From Octopus vulgaris (Eukaryota): DNA of 64,000 nt. The notes under the pieces were generated by a model that was given only the letters and a program-made list of their open reading frames with translations, searched no databases and had not been told where the DNA came from. The DNA lies in contig OX597817.1 of assembly GCA_951406725.2 (NCBI GenBank), positions 81,096,001 to 81,160,000 of the forward strand, in the 5' to 3' direction. The translations under genes and the position numbers were made by a program. Positions 1-15,244 of this stretch are shown here, in pieces (positions within the stretch are counted from its first letter, which is position 1; each line of letters begins with the position of its first letter).

Positions 1-318
1 GTCCTCTGCTAAAAAAGTATGTGCGTGGTGGGAGAGAGCCTCTATATGAGTGTGTGTGTGTGTGTGTCTTTGTGTGTGTGTGTGTGTGTATGTTGGGGTG
101 GGGGAAGAACAGGAAGTGTGTGTATACTGATGATCTAATGACAAAGATAGCAATGTTGCACATATTTAAAGTAAAATAAAATAATATACAGCGTGAATGA
201 TATGACTGGAATCACACTGATAATGGAGAGATATGTGATATGGGATATTACTATATATTTATATACAGACACAAACACACACACGTGTGTGTGTGTGCGT
301 GCATGTATGTGTGTGTAT

Positions 319-527
319 TCTTTCACTTGTTTCAGCCATGCTAGAGTACCGCCTTAAAGGATGTTTTAGTCGAAGAAATTGACCCCAGGAGTTATTCTTT
401 TTTAAAGCGTAGTACTTAGTCTATCGTTCTCTTTTGCCGAACCGCTAAGTTATGGAGAAGTAAACACACCAGCATTGTTTGTCAAGCGCTAGTGGGGCGA
501 CAGACACAAAGGCACATACGCAAATAT

Positions 528-598
<71 letters not shown>

Positions 599-1631
599 TC
601 TGATAAATTCCTCTATTTACATAATATCGAGGTCTCTTTCATTCTTTTGTTGTCTTACCACTTCTATCAATATATATATATATAATAACAAAATTATATA
701 TAAACATATGCATATATACATACATATATGTACATACCTACATCTATATGTATATATACATGCATATATGGGTACAGGACACCAAAAAAACGTTGAACAC
801 AATGAGAAACGAAAACATAAAAACAAAAACATGGAAACGGATTTTTTTTTCAAACGAAAAAACAGAGTACAAGACATACAACACAAGGAATATTCCCCTT
901 CTTCAGTTGTCCCTGTTTCGGCTACTCCACGTCGAAGGTATGAACAAGACGCGACTTAGTTGAAACAATCCTTCCCGCAAAACAAATTAAATAAAATTTG
1001 GGATTTTTGCGGAGGGGTAAAAGTGGTAACAAGAACAGGACACTAAAAACAAAACAAGACAGTAAAACTAATACAAATAAAAACAGTAAAAGACAGGACG
1101 GGGAGAATAACACAGTAAAAACAAACGATGAGAGTTGTTAAGCCGAGACGATGGAAACATTATTTTGAACGCATTGAGAAAACAGCTTATGAGAAGGATA
1201 GGATAAGCCGTATTGACTTCTTGAAGATAGCAGTCGGAAAGAAAGATTCCATCTGGTCACGTGTCAGTGACGAGAGGGAGGAGAAGGAGGAGGAGGAGTA
1301 AGAGAGAGGGAACGGTGAAAGGGAGAGGAGAAGAATAGGAAAGGGTGGGAGAAAAAACCAGAAAGGATGAAGAACAAGAGAGGGAGAGAGACAGACAGAA
1401 GAGAAAAAGTAAATTTAAGAGTGTGCATCGTAATTATTAACATAAAACTTACTTGGAAGTGGATGCGTGGTGATCGATTTATATACATGATGGTCTTCCA
1501 GTTTCCGTCAACCAAATCCACTCACAAGAGTTTGGTCGGCCCGAGGCTATACTAGATGACACATGCCCACGGTGCCACGCAGTGAGATTGAACTCGGAAC
1601 CATGTCGTTGGCAAGCAAGCTTCTTACCACA
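319..1631 (-). mobile_element. SINE family A copy (tRNA/CORE-like head about 1490-1631, tail about 319-515) split by (GATA)n and a nested element
   Basis: Head and tail are reverse complements of the intact copy at 5748-6170 (tail ...ccgaaccgctaagt..., head ...ggtgccacgcagtg...). Confidence 0.7.
680..1470 (-). mobile_element. Microsatellite-embedded non-coding repeat (Penelope-LTR-like), with a second copy at about 22478-22732 and a diverged relative at about 2056-2510
   Basis: About 250 bp near-identical between 706-915 and 22500-22728. The relative shares 'atgggtacag', 'cttc(a/t)tcagttg' and 'aaataaaatttggga'. All sit next to (TA)n. Class assignment is inference. Confidence 0.5.
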
Positions 1632-1701
1632 AATTATACACACATACACACACATAAACAAATACATATGTGTTTGTAAGTATGCATGTAAGTATGTGTG
1701 T

Positions 1702-1743
<42 letters not shown>

Positions 1744-1793
1744 GTGTGTGTGTGTGATGATGAAAACAGGAAAAATAGAACTCAAAATATGAG

Positions 1794-1868
1794 TATAGTA
1801 TACGGACCTTGAGCGACAGAGTATCTCAAGGTCCCAGAGTTTCGTGCGTTGGCACTTATCAATATATA
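1794..1868 (-). ncRNA. Type I hammerhead ribozyme candidate with U3-A8 core variant
   Basis: Minus strand: UUGAUAA-GUGC caac GCAC-GAAAC-ucug-GGACCUUGAG(11 nt loop)CUCAAGGUCC-GUA. Stems II and III are perfect; stem I is weak and runs into (TA)n. Confidence 0.55.
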
Positions 1869-1895
1869 TATATTTAGTATTATCGAATTATATCA

Positions 1896-1926
<31 letters not shown>

Positions 1927-2523
1927 CATGTATGTATGTATGTATGTATGTATGTATGTATGTATGTATGTATGTATGTATGTATGTATGTATGTATGTA
2001 TGTATGTATGTTTTCAGGAGTATCGGTGCCAAGCATAGAAGAACTTATATATATATAAGAATTTTTGCGTAATAAGATATGCATAATGGGTACAGAACGT
2101 CACCAACAGTAAACAACATGAAATACGAAAACAAATGAGTTCAATACGCAAACAACGAGAGAAACAAATGGAAAACAGAACAAGTAACACAGAGAACGAC
2201 ACTTCATCAGTTGTATGCTGTCTATCTACTCCTCATTTCGAGCATTGAAAGACAATATGAGTCTTCGAAAACAATTGCTCCCATAAGCACCAAAATAAAA
2301 TTTGGGACTTATGGAGGGTCAGAGTTGAGAACAAAAACAGGACAGTGGAGATATACAAGGAAACCAAACGAACACAAACATGGGGAGTCGTTAAACCAGA
2401 TCGAGGGTGAAATAGTGAACGCTGGAGAAATATTATCTTTGACAAGAGAAAAGATAGAAGAGCGAGATAGGATACGTCCAGTCCTTATGACAGTCCTGAA
2501 AGAAAAGATATATATATATATGT

Positions 2524-2602
<79 letters not shown>

Positions 2603-2792
2603 AGTATGTATGTATGTATTAGTCGAAAGAATTGAGCTGAGAACTTAGTTTTTGTAAGTCTGATACATATTCTGTCGATCCCTTTTGACGAAACGCTAGT
2701 TTACAGAGACAGATCAATAAACACACCAGCAGCTGTCAAGCGGTGGCGGGCAACAAGCACAGGCTCAAAGACATACACATGCATATACACAC

Positions 2793-2855
<63 letters not shown>

Positions 2856-3124
2856 AACACACATATATGTTGTTGTCGTCGTCGTTGTCGTTGTTTTTTT
2901 ATGTTGTTTAGACCCCAGTTCAGTCTTCATCTAGCAGACTTCTGATCAAAGATACCTAAAACACAATTTTTCGCCTCGTCTTATATCTTCCAGAGAGTGG
3001 ATCATATTATCAAATTTTGTAGAAGGTATAAAATCACATCGAAGTTTCGGCTTATTTTTCCGTCATCAGACTGTATATGTGAGCGCATATGTGTGCATAT
3101 GTACGTGTGTGTGCGCTTGTGGGG

Positions 3125-3165
<41 letters not shown>

Positions 3166-3994
3166 ACACATTTATTATACATTTACTAGAAGAGTGGTGA
3201 CAGTGACTTCGAAGTTTCAGCCTGCTATTACTATTGTCACCACTCTTGTTGGAAAAGTATGATGAATATGTGTGCATACATACATATATGTATATATATA
3301 TATATTTATCCACATATATATATATATCTATCTACATATATATGTTATATGTATATATATGTGTGTGTGTGTATACACACACACATGGATACACACACAA
3401 GATGTGTGTATTTAAGGTTTTGCGAGACAAAACATTAAACAGATCGACATCAGCTTTGTAGTTGGGCGGGGTTAGAGTTAATTATATGTGATTGGTCTAT
3501 AGATAACAAGTCCATTAATTCTATCTCATTAGATATAAATTTCATCTATATCTACTGATATATCTACATCATCTGAGTGAATATCTATGATAGTCGGAGG
3601 ACACAAAATGGAGTCCACCAAACATTGTATTTGTTCAGTCGTAATATATGGTTAATGGAATAGTTATCTCTCCCTGCACACAAACTTACATATTTCTTTA
3701 CACAAAATTTTATATATATACAAATATACACACACATATATATATATGATACCTACAATTGTACATCTATAATTACATATTTATCTACCTGTATACACAT
3801 ATATATGTGTGCGTGTGTGTGCATGTATATATATATACACACATACATATGTATGTATATATATATATATGTGTGTATGTGTGTGTGTATGTATATATAT
3901 ATGTATATATATATGTAGATACATATATGTACATACATACATATACATATATATATACATACATATATATGTATATACATTTATAAATACATAC

Positions 3995-4059
<65 letters not shown>

Positions 4060-4228
4060 GTATGTATATGCATGTATGTATACATATGCATGTATGTTCG
4101 TGTATCGTATTGTAGAAGTCAATAAATTTCGAGGGAATTTATTTTTGATGAAGAGTGAGTTATTTATTTACTTATTCATAGACATAACAGAATTGTTCAT
4201 ACGCACGTAAAAACATGTGAAAGTGCGA

Positions 4229-5195
<967 letters not shown>

Positions 5196-5254
5196 CACGC
5201 TTGTATATATATAATATATACACATCCATACTCATACACACACACACACACAGT

Positions 5255-5560
5255 TGTGTGGAACCTCAAGAAAAAATATGCTCTGTTGTGGAAATCAACT
5301 ACCCTCCTTAGTAGTCAGAAAAATACAAGAGAAAGGAAACGTCTATTGACCATTGATAAGGAATTTGCGAATCCACTACCCAATATAAATTTTTAATTTC
5401 ATATCTATTATTATTAGAGCACCAGGATACATACCGACTAACCTAGAGCAAAGTATGTTTGAACTTATGTTCTTGGAGGGAGAATAAAACTCTTTCTATT
5501 TATACGTAACCCATGATCAAGATATCTAGGGCGGCAAATCTCTGCAAGATCTTAAGATTT
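5255..5560 (+). pseudogene. Highly decayed R4/Dong-type LINE RLE endonuclease fragment
   Basis: Frame-hopping translation WNLKKKICSVVEIN..P...LIRNLRIHYP..F.SIIIRAPGYIP aligns by eye with the RLE ORF at 26882-27400. Confidence 0.5.
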
Positions 5561-5747
5561 TAAGTATACTGAACGAAGCAAGACGCTTTCCTTCACAACC
5601 TTACTCTCAAGCAGGTGGCCAATCAAAATTAACTCTGAAGTAAAGAAGAAAAGAAAACATTCATCCATAGAGATAAAATACGCAACAAAAACCTTCTAGA
5701 GGAAAAAAGCATTCAAGACAATAAAACGGTGTAGTGCTAAAAATTTT

Positions 5748-5890
5748 CCGGGTTCAGTCCCACTGCGTGGCACCTTAGGAAAGTGTCTTCTCCTATAGCC
5801 TCGAGCCGACCAAAGCCTTGTGAGTCGATTTGGTAGACGGAAACTGAAAGAAGCCCGTTGTATATATGTATATATATATATATATATATC

Positions 5891-5948
<58 letters not shown>

Positions 5949-6170
5949 CGTGTATGTATGTGTGTCTGTGTTTGTCCCCCTAGCATTGCTTGACAACCGA
6001 TGCTGGTGTGTTTATGTCCCCGTCACTTAGCGGTTCGGCAAAAGAGACCGATAGAATAAGTACTGGGCTTACAAAGAATAAGTCCCGGGGTCGAGTTGCT
6101 CGATTAAAGGCGGTGCTCCAGCATGGCCGCAGTCAAATGACTGAAACAAGTAAAAGAGTAAAAGAGTAAA
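5748..6170 (+). mobile_element. SINE family A (B-box head, CORE-like block, internal (TA)/(TG) microsatellite, tail ending (aaaagagt)n)
   Basis: gggttcagtccc B-box; 'ggcaccttaggaaagtgtc' CORE-like block; tail 'cttagcggttcggcaaaagagaccgatag...gcatggccgcagtcaaatgactgaaacaag' recurs many times in the window. Confidence 0.85.
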
Positions 6171-6969
6171 CTGAAATTTCCCAGATTCCGATCGCGAATT
6201 TGATGTTTTACTGATCCTCAGACAATAGAAGAAACGTATCGATCGATCTTAAAATTATAAAGGAAATAAACCCCTTTAAATATGATATACACGTTAACAA
6301 CAGAAAAACTTATTGATTTGTGTGGAGTACATAATACTGTGATAAAAGGTTGTGTTATCCGACTTACACTCTTTAAGCATTTTTAAATATTTCAATTATT
6401 CCAATTTGTGTTGACAGAAATATATTTATTGAACTTGAATTGTTAAACACTTTTCAAGTGGGATGAACTATGTCAATTAAGTTTCGATAATCGTTGGATT
6501 TCTCAACAAATAATATAATATTCTATGAAAGAAACATCATATAAAATGACAAGTACAAAAGATAGAGGTATTTATAAACGTATGAGGGAAAGATTGCTTT
6601 TACTATGAAAAAATAAATGATAGTGATTTTTACGTTCAAGTTCGGTTTTAAAACTCAGGAATCTCCACTGCAAGACCGGATATTGGAACCTTTCGAACTG
6701 GGGATTTTCAGCTTAATTAGAGAAAGGTCAACAGATTTCAGCAGAATTTGAAAAATGATTTTAAGAAATTTCCATATTCAACAACTGTTTTTCGAACAAA
6801 CCGAAATTTGCAAGATAGAGAATAAACAGCATAAAAAGAAACTAATGGTGGAAACTCTTTTATTTAGAAACTTTAAAAATCGTTAAATATAGATGTTAGA
6901 GTTGAATGTTTAGCTCTATGAAAACTTTATATTACATTTAAGAAGCAGAAACAAAATAATGATATTGTT

Positions 6970-7463
6970 GTGACCCCCTTCGGCCATGAATGACCATGGG
7001 ATTACACCTAGAAAGTTACTCTCCGAGGCACAAGTCTGAGCAAGGTTGTTTATGGAAGACCAGCAGTTGCCCATGCATACCAGCCTCCCCTCTCCACGCC
7101 ACCGATGTTATCCAAGGGAAAGGCAAAGGCCGACAACAGCTTGGCACGAGTGACGTCGCAGCTCATTTATTAACGGGCAAGTGGCTGAGCACTCCACAAA
7201 CAAGTGTACCCTTAACGTAGTTCTCGGGGAGTTTCAGCGTGACACAGAGTGTGACAAGGCTGGCCCTTTGAAATACAGGTACAACAGAAACAAGAAGAAA
7301 GAGTGAGAGAAAGTTGTGATGAAACAGTACAGCAGGGTTCACCGCCACCCCTTGTCGGAGCCTCGTGGAGCTCTTAGGTGTTTTCGTTCAATAAACATTC
7401 ACAATGCCCGGTCTGGGAATCGAAACCACGATCGTACGACCGCGATTCCGCTGCCCTAACCAC
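6970..7463 (-). mobile_element. tRNA-derived SINE (family C-related) with RTE-like 3' part
   Basis: Minus-strand head gtggttagggcagcgg...gtttcgattccc. The internal block 'gtgtacccttaacgtagttctc...ggctggccctttgaaa' is shared with 15560-15650. Confidence 0.7.
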
Positions 7464-8220
7464 CTCCACAATTCATGATATAGGCTTATATATATAACTA
7501 AAACATACGACGATTTAGACGAATGGTGCTTCTCTTTTTAGGGGAGCGGTTGGAACTAGCTTTTTATATGTTATGTTTATTGCCTAATAAGCTCTATAAT
7601 TTACAGACTTGTTTACATTCGGATAACTGATTCATTACATAAAACGTTATCATGAATTTGCAACAATTAGTTTCGGAAAATGTTTCTTTTTTGCTATTTA
7701 AAGATCTACATCTAAAGATTATTGTTGATACTAATTTGTACATAGTTAATTTTAGATATTACTTTAAATTTATTATCCAATTTACACTATCCATTTAAGA
7801 AGCTAACTGAAAATTTGGCGTTCATAAAAACTACTTCAGCCTGCAATAAATAATTTAGAGAAAATTTTAGTAAATGGTTTTTGACTTTTTCATCTGGTAT
7901 ATAAACCTTTAGCAAAGCAGTATCTTATTATAATGAAGCATTAAAGCACAGTGGATGTAACGATAAGATACAATAAACAAAAGATCATCGAAACTGAAGT
8001 TGAGAATCGCAAATTTTGAAGCCCTGTGCCAAAATTTGAAGCCATTATTATTAATTTTATTATTATCGTTGTTAGTATCATCACTATTATCATCGTCATC
8101 TTCTTCACCACCACCACCATCATCATCATCATCGTCACCATGGTTATCATCCTCTCCATCACCGCTATCATTCCTCGTCCTCGTCAGCAATATCGTCATC
8201 TATATTATTATTATTATTAT

Positions 8221-8282
<62 letters not shown>

Positions 8283-8286
8283 ATAT

Positions 8287-8487
8287 TGGCTGAATTGTTA
8301 CCACGCTGGACGAAATGCTTTGCAGCATTTCGCTCGTCGCTACGTTCTGAGTTCAAATTCCACCGAGGTCGACTTTGCCTTTCATCCTTTTGGGGTCCAG
8401 TTACGTACAACCAGTTACGTACTAGGGTCGATGTAATCGACTAATCTCCACCCCAAATTTTCAGCCCTTGTGCCTTTAGTAGAAAGG

Positions 8488-8490
<3 letters not shown>
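8287..8490 (+). mobile_element. SINE family B (tRNA-like head plus 'gcctttcatcctttcggggtcgataaa' core)
   Basis: B-box gagttcaaattcc followed by a core shared with many copies in the window. Confidence 0.8.
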
Positions 8491-8553
<63 letters not shown>

Positions 8554-8572
8554 ATTATTATTATTATCATCA

Positions 8573-8634
<62 letters not shown>

Positions 8635-8655
8635 ATTATTATTATTAGTAGTATT

Positions 8656-9269
8656 ATTAAGTGTCAGAGCAGTGCATGCCATCAAATTGACACTAGGGTA
8701 AAATATACGAAGCCTTGTGTACCCATCATGATTACTCATCTGATAAGGGTACACCAGGCACATGCATCACAACCGTATATGTGCAACATAGTGATATCAT
8801 ATCAAGATAAACAGCGCATGACCTTGCAGGTGGGGCCCAGTTAGAATTTTCTTCAGGTCGAGTAGTCCATCCCGCTTTAAAAGGTTCCTGAATAAGGGTT
8901 ATTTAAGGATGTTGAACGAATCGCCCATGTTTCCTAAGGTGAATTATGCAAATCCCGAAGAATTCCTCTCAACACACGGCTATGATGCTCCCCAACTACT
9001 TCTGCTTGGGATCAGAGATGCACATGTCGTCAGCCACTAAGGGACATGCTCAACTGGTTACGGTCAAACAACTGACAAGCAAATCTGTGGTATTGAGCAG
9101 AATATTTGCTGTAGCCCATCTTTTATACCAAGACAAAACATTGTACATGATGACACTTCCAATCAGTTAAGATCAGAAGCCAAAAGATATTTCTTTATTG
9201 CCCACAAGGGGCTAAACATAGAGGGGACAAACAAAGCCAAAAGAGCCGCTGTCTGGTACTGCACCAGGG

Positions 9270-9271
<2 letters not shown>
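8656..9271 (-). mobile_element. About 610-bp non-coding element embedded in (TAA)n
   Basis: Complex sequence flanked on both sides by long (TTA)n runs. It contains a small SINE-B tail insertion with a duplicated aagccaaaaga. Orientation is inferred. Confidence 0.5.
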
Positions 9272-9334
<63 letters not shown>

Positions 9335-9794
9335 CATCATCATCATCATCATTATAGGACCTCGTCAGCAGAATGTCTTATATTTATAGTCACTTAGATG
9401 TAAGGGCTTTGTTAAATCTAAATATATTCATATCAATGTGAAACAGTACTCTTAATATATTTGATTGCTCAGTATACCTTGACGTAGAAGATACAGACTG
9501 CTTTAACTTCGAAACACACATACACATGCATACAAATATAAACACAAGACATAAGATCAGAGACATTACTCTATTTAGAATTTTCGTGTGTCGTCAGACC
9601 AACTATTATGAAGGCTGTTGGAGACTTACAAGTCAATGTCGTTTCGAGATGCATTCAGTCCCCGACCCATTTAAGTGATTATTGCATTCATCGAAGTCGC
9701 TCCTTCAGTTTACAGACTCTGTCTCCCTCCCTCCCTCACTCACTCACGTTCTCTTTCCCATCTCCCTCTCCTCCTCTCCCTCTCTCCGTCGCTG

Positions 9795-9845
<51 letters not shown>

Positions 9846-9949
9846 GTTCAGACTATGCGGACGGGAACTTCTAATATATTATTTGAAATGTTGTGCGCGC
9901 GCACGCGTGCATGTGTGTGTAATTTTGTGTGTCTGTGTACGTGTGTGCG

Positions 9950-11105
<1,156 letters not shown>

Positions 11106-11625
11106 AGTACTCTCTCTACTTTCCTCCTTGGTGTTCTAGTTGTTACTGTTGGAGCTACCTTATCTACTTTCTATTTTCTTTTTTTTTTCGGGGTGGGGGT
11201 TCTTGGTTTATTTTTTGTTGCTTTTTCTTTCATTAAGTTACATTTTTTTTCTTCTTACCAATTCTGATAAAATGTGTCTCTGTGAGCTAGTCAAAATGTC
11301 TGTACTTGCACATGCGTAAAATACATACGCATACTCACATACAGGCACACTCATACACGCACACACACACACATATATATATGTATGTAAGTATGTATGT
11401 ATGTATGTATGTATGTATGTATGTATGTATGTATGTATGTATGTATGTATGTATGTATATGCACACGCACATTCTATATATATACATATATCTATATAAG
11501 AAAATATATCTCTATACACACACATTCATACATATATGTATATATGCATGTACGTATGTATATATATAAATATATATATATATATATCTGTGTGTGTGTG
11601 TGGGTATGCACATATGCATATACAT

Positions 11626-11656
<31 letters not shown>

Positions 11657-11957
11657 CATATAATCTTCAAGATGGATATGCAAATATTAGAACATGCTTA
11701 CATGCCTACATCGATGAATATGCGTATTTATGTATTCATATATAATATATATGTTTTTGTGTACGTATGTGAATGTATATATATATATATGCATAAACGC
11801 ACATATATATATCTGTGTGTGCAGATGAATATGTTCAAACAATTACGTTCGTTTTTGTGAAAATATATGCATAGATGCAAACAGTTCCTCTGCGCATGTG
11901 CATGTACGTAAATATATATGTGTTTATGCATGTGCATGTATGTGTATGCATGCATGA

Positions 11958-11996
<39 letters not shown>

Positions 11997-12315
11997 GTTG
12001 CCTGTATACATACACACGCGCACATCTATCCATAAAAATTAAGTTTTAGTGAAACAGCAAAATTTTTCAGTTAGTGTATGCCCGAGTGTGCATAAGCGTC
12101 TGAGCATTCTACAAATTTTAGATATATATACTCATTTAAACAAGGTCACACAGCTTATATTGTCTGCATATGCATATGAGCATATGGAAACCATATATGT
12201 TTTCCTGTTTAAAATCGCACTTCCTTTCACATGCGCATGCGCAAGATTACAATGCATGCGTTTGTGATTGTGCTCGTGTTCGTACGTACACTTCTTTGAA
12301 GTTGCTTATTTTTGT

Positions 12316-12413
<98 letters not shown>

Positions 12414-12631
12414 TGTTGTTGTTGTTGTTGTTGTCAAGACTTCCCTGGTCTTCCATGTATCTATTTACGGATATGTATAAATACACATCGTATTTGGATC
12501 AGTGTAGGTGAATGTGTTTGTATATCTAAAGATACCTGAAAATGCAAGAGCGTACATTGTTAACTTCTGTCTATCTATACACGTATCTATATGTCTCTGA
12601 TGTGTGCTTATGCACTCGCGTGCGCGCACAA

Positions 12632-12670
<39 letters not shown>

Positions 12671-12759
12671 TTCCTATATATCTATGTATGTACATACATA
12701 TAAGCATACAGCTCACACGTTTGTATATGTGTGCGTGTATGTGTATGCGGAGAGAGTGG

Positions 12760-12874
<115 letters not shown>

Positions 12875-13067
12875 CAGACAGATAGATGGATAGAGAGAGA
12901 GTGAGTGAGTGAGAAAAAGAGAGAGAAAGAGAGGGAGGGATACAGATATAGATATATACATGTGTATATATATATATATATATATATATGTTTGTATGTA
13001 TGTATGTATGTATGTATGTATGTATGCATGTATGCATGTATGCATATGAATGTATGCATGTATGTAT

Positions 13068-14530
13068 GTCGTTATTCAAATTTACTTCAAGTTTTTTTGC
13101 CAATAGAGAAAGAGCCTGTTTCTAACCTAGATCCAAGGCTCCTTCATTGGAATATCAACAACATCATCAAGGTAATTTTGAATGTATGTTTGTATGTGTG
13201 CATTATTTGGAATCAGTGCAAGTGCAGATTTGTATATTTTGTTTTATGTATATATTCTCGTGCATATAGTTGCATATCTAGACCTGTGCATGTGTACTTA
13301 AATTATAAACGTCTAGAACGTTTTGAAAATTTTTAGTTCTAGTGATGGCTTGGATCTGTAATCTTCGAATCAGCTTTCTCCTTTCTGCTTTTGAGAAGCT
13401 TAATTTCTCAAGATTGGTACTTAGTGTGTTACACATCTCAGTACCCCAATAATGACAGGTATAAATCTGAACTTGTAATCTGGGTAGAATAACTGTAGAT
13501 TTCTCAATAGTTCGGCGTAGGTGTTTTCTTTTTCACTGATCCTTAGCTTTATGTTAACATCTTCTGGGCAGCTGATTTCGAGTACTTTACACAGTTTGTC
13601 GTCTCTGTTTCAAATCACTATATATCATGTCTAATATGTTTACATTTTATTGAAGTTTTTCCCCTGGGAGTTTTTGCCAGTACTCCTTTATATTATGAGT
13701 GGCTATGACTTCCACCATACTGTGGGTTCATATTTCTTTGGCCTCAATATTATCCTTCCAACGGATCTCATTATACTGTGTCCAGGCAACAACATCATGT
13801 TTCATCAGTAGATAATACCGTGTTTACTTTTTCGGACAACTGCTTGTAATGTGGGTGTTGTCTTCAGTGTTAACTCCACAAAGTCTGCATCGGTTATCAC
13901 ATTTTTCTGCTTTTCCTGCATCTCTGTCCCTTTTGTGCATCAGGTGTTTGGTTGATATTTCATGTTCCTGAATTGCAAACGCATACCCTTCAAAATGAAA
14001 GTTAGTAACCCGGTTGTTGGTCCAGAATAGACTGCTTTGATGATCAATGTTGCTATCATCCCGGAGCTTCCTGCTAACATATCAATGTATAGTCTTCTGT
14101 TGATGTATGCTCATCCTTTCATCTGATGATACGTTGCGGTAGAGTTGTGCGACTTCTTTGCGCATTTATTCAAGGTTATCAGACAAGGAATTCTGCTCAA
14201 GGAGCTGCTCTGCAACTCTCATGATGTTATCAGCCTCATGTATGCAAACTTGGTCATGGGATGCACTTCTAAATTTGGTGGTTAAAAGATGTTGCCGAAA
14301 GGATATGATACGACATTCAAAGTTAATCTGGTTCGATGTTAAGCCTCTACCGCCATGTTTTCGTTTGAAGTAGAGGTGGTCTACATCACTGTTGATGTGG
14401 AAATTATGTATGCTAGTTAGTATCTTCCGGGTTTTCACATCATTGGCTCGGATCTTATCACGTGTCCAAACAGCCCAAATGTTGTGGGTTGAGTATTAGC
14501 ACTGCAAACACATTGTGGGCCACTCTTTTG
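13068..14530 (-). pseudogene. 5'-truncated R4/Dong-clade non-LTR retrotransposon (RT C-terminus, CCHC finger, RLE, 3' UTR)
   Basis: ORF fragment 'HINSDVDHLYFKRKHGGRGL'; CCHC-like CRLCGVNTEDNTHITSSC; RLE region homologous to 26882-27400; stops and frameshifts; (TGTA)n on both sides. Confidence 0.8.
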
Positions 14531-14869
14531 TATGTATGTATGTATGTATGTATGTATGTATGTATGTATGTATGTATGTATGTATGTATGTATGTATATG
14601 CATACACGCAAACAGACATAGTTATTTTGTTACTGCTATACCAATGATATTCATAATACAACTTCATTCAATTGTCTTACATTTTGAGACTTACAACTTG
14701 GCATCAGTTGTACAGGGATCCAATCTTAATTTATACTTGAAACTTGCCTTATTTTTCATGCGTTCAATAGTTTCATATCTTGGAAGGTCTAGCACTCAAC
14801 TATAAGCTTAAAAGCTATACTCACCACCTTAGTGGAAGCCATTGCATAGTAACAAAGATCCTTCATTTT

Positions 14870-15060
14870 TGCTGTCCAGAGTAAGGCCCCACTATTGTAA
14901 CAGCTGTGGGTTCAAAGGTTCACAACTTTTCAATACCTTGCTCAGAGGAGTAGATGTGGATATGTTGAAAGAACAACTGAACAAATTTTTATCTGATAGA
15001 TCAGATGAACCCACATCACGACAAGAAACGCAAAGAAAGGTTGTTGGTAGTGGTGTCCTA
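14870..15060 (+). pseudogene. CR1-group LINE ORF2 3' fragment
   Basis: 'NSCGFKGSQLFNTL...VDMLKEQLNKFLS..SDEP' resembles the C-terminal motif of CR1-group ORF2. Confidence 0.5.
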
Positions 15061-15155
15061 CTTACTACTGGGGTGGGGGCATCGAACGGAAAAATATTTT
15101 TGTGGACTAACAATTAAGGATTAAATGATGTATGTATATATGTATGCATGAATGT

Positions 15156-15243
<88 letters not shown>

Positions 15244-15244
15244 A

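Noticed and set aside
120-170. CUGAUGAUCU...AGAU motif
   Set aside because: The GAAA box is absent (GCAA) and the stems are poor; at most a relic, so it is not called as a feature.
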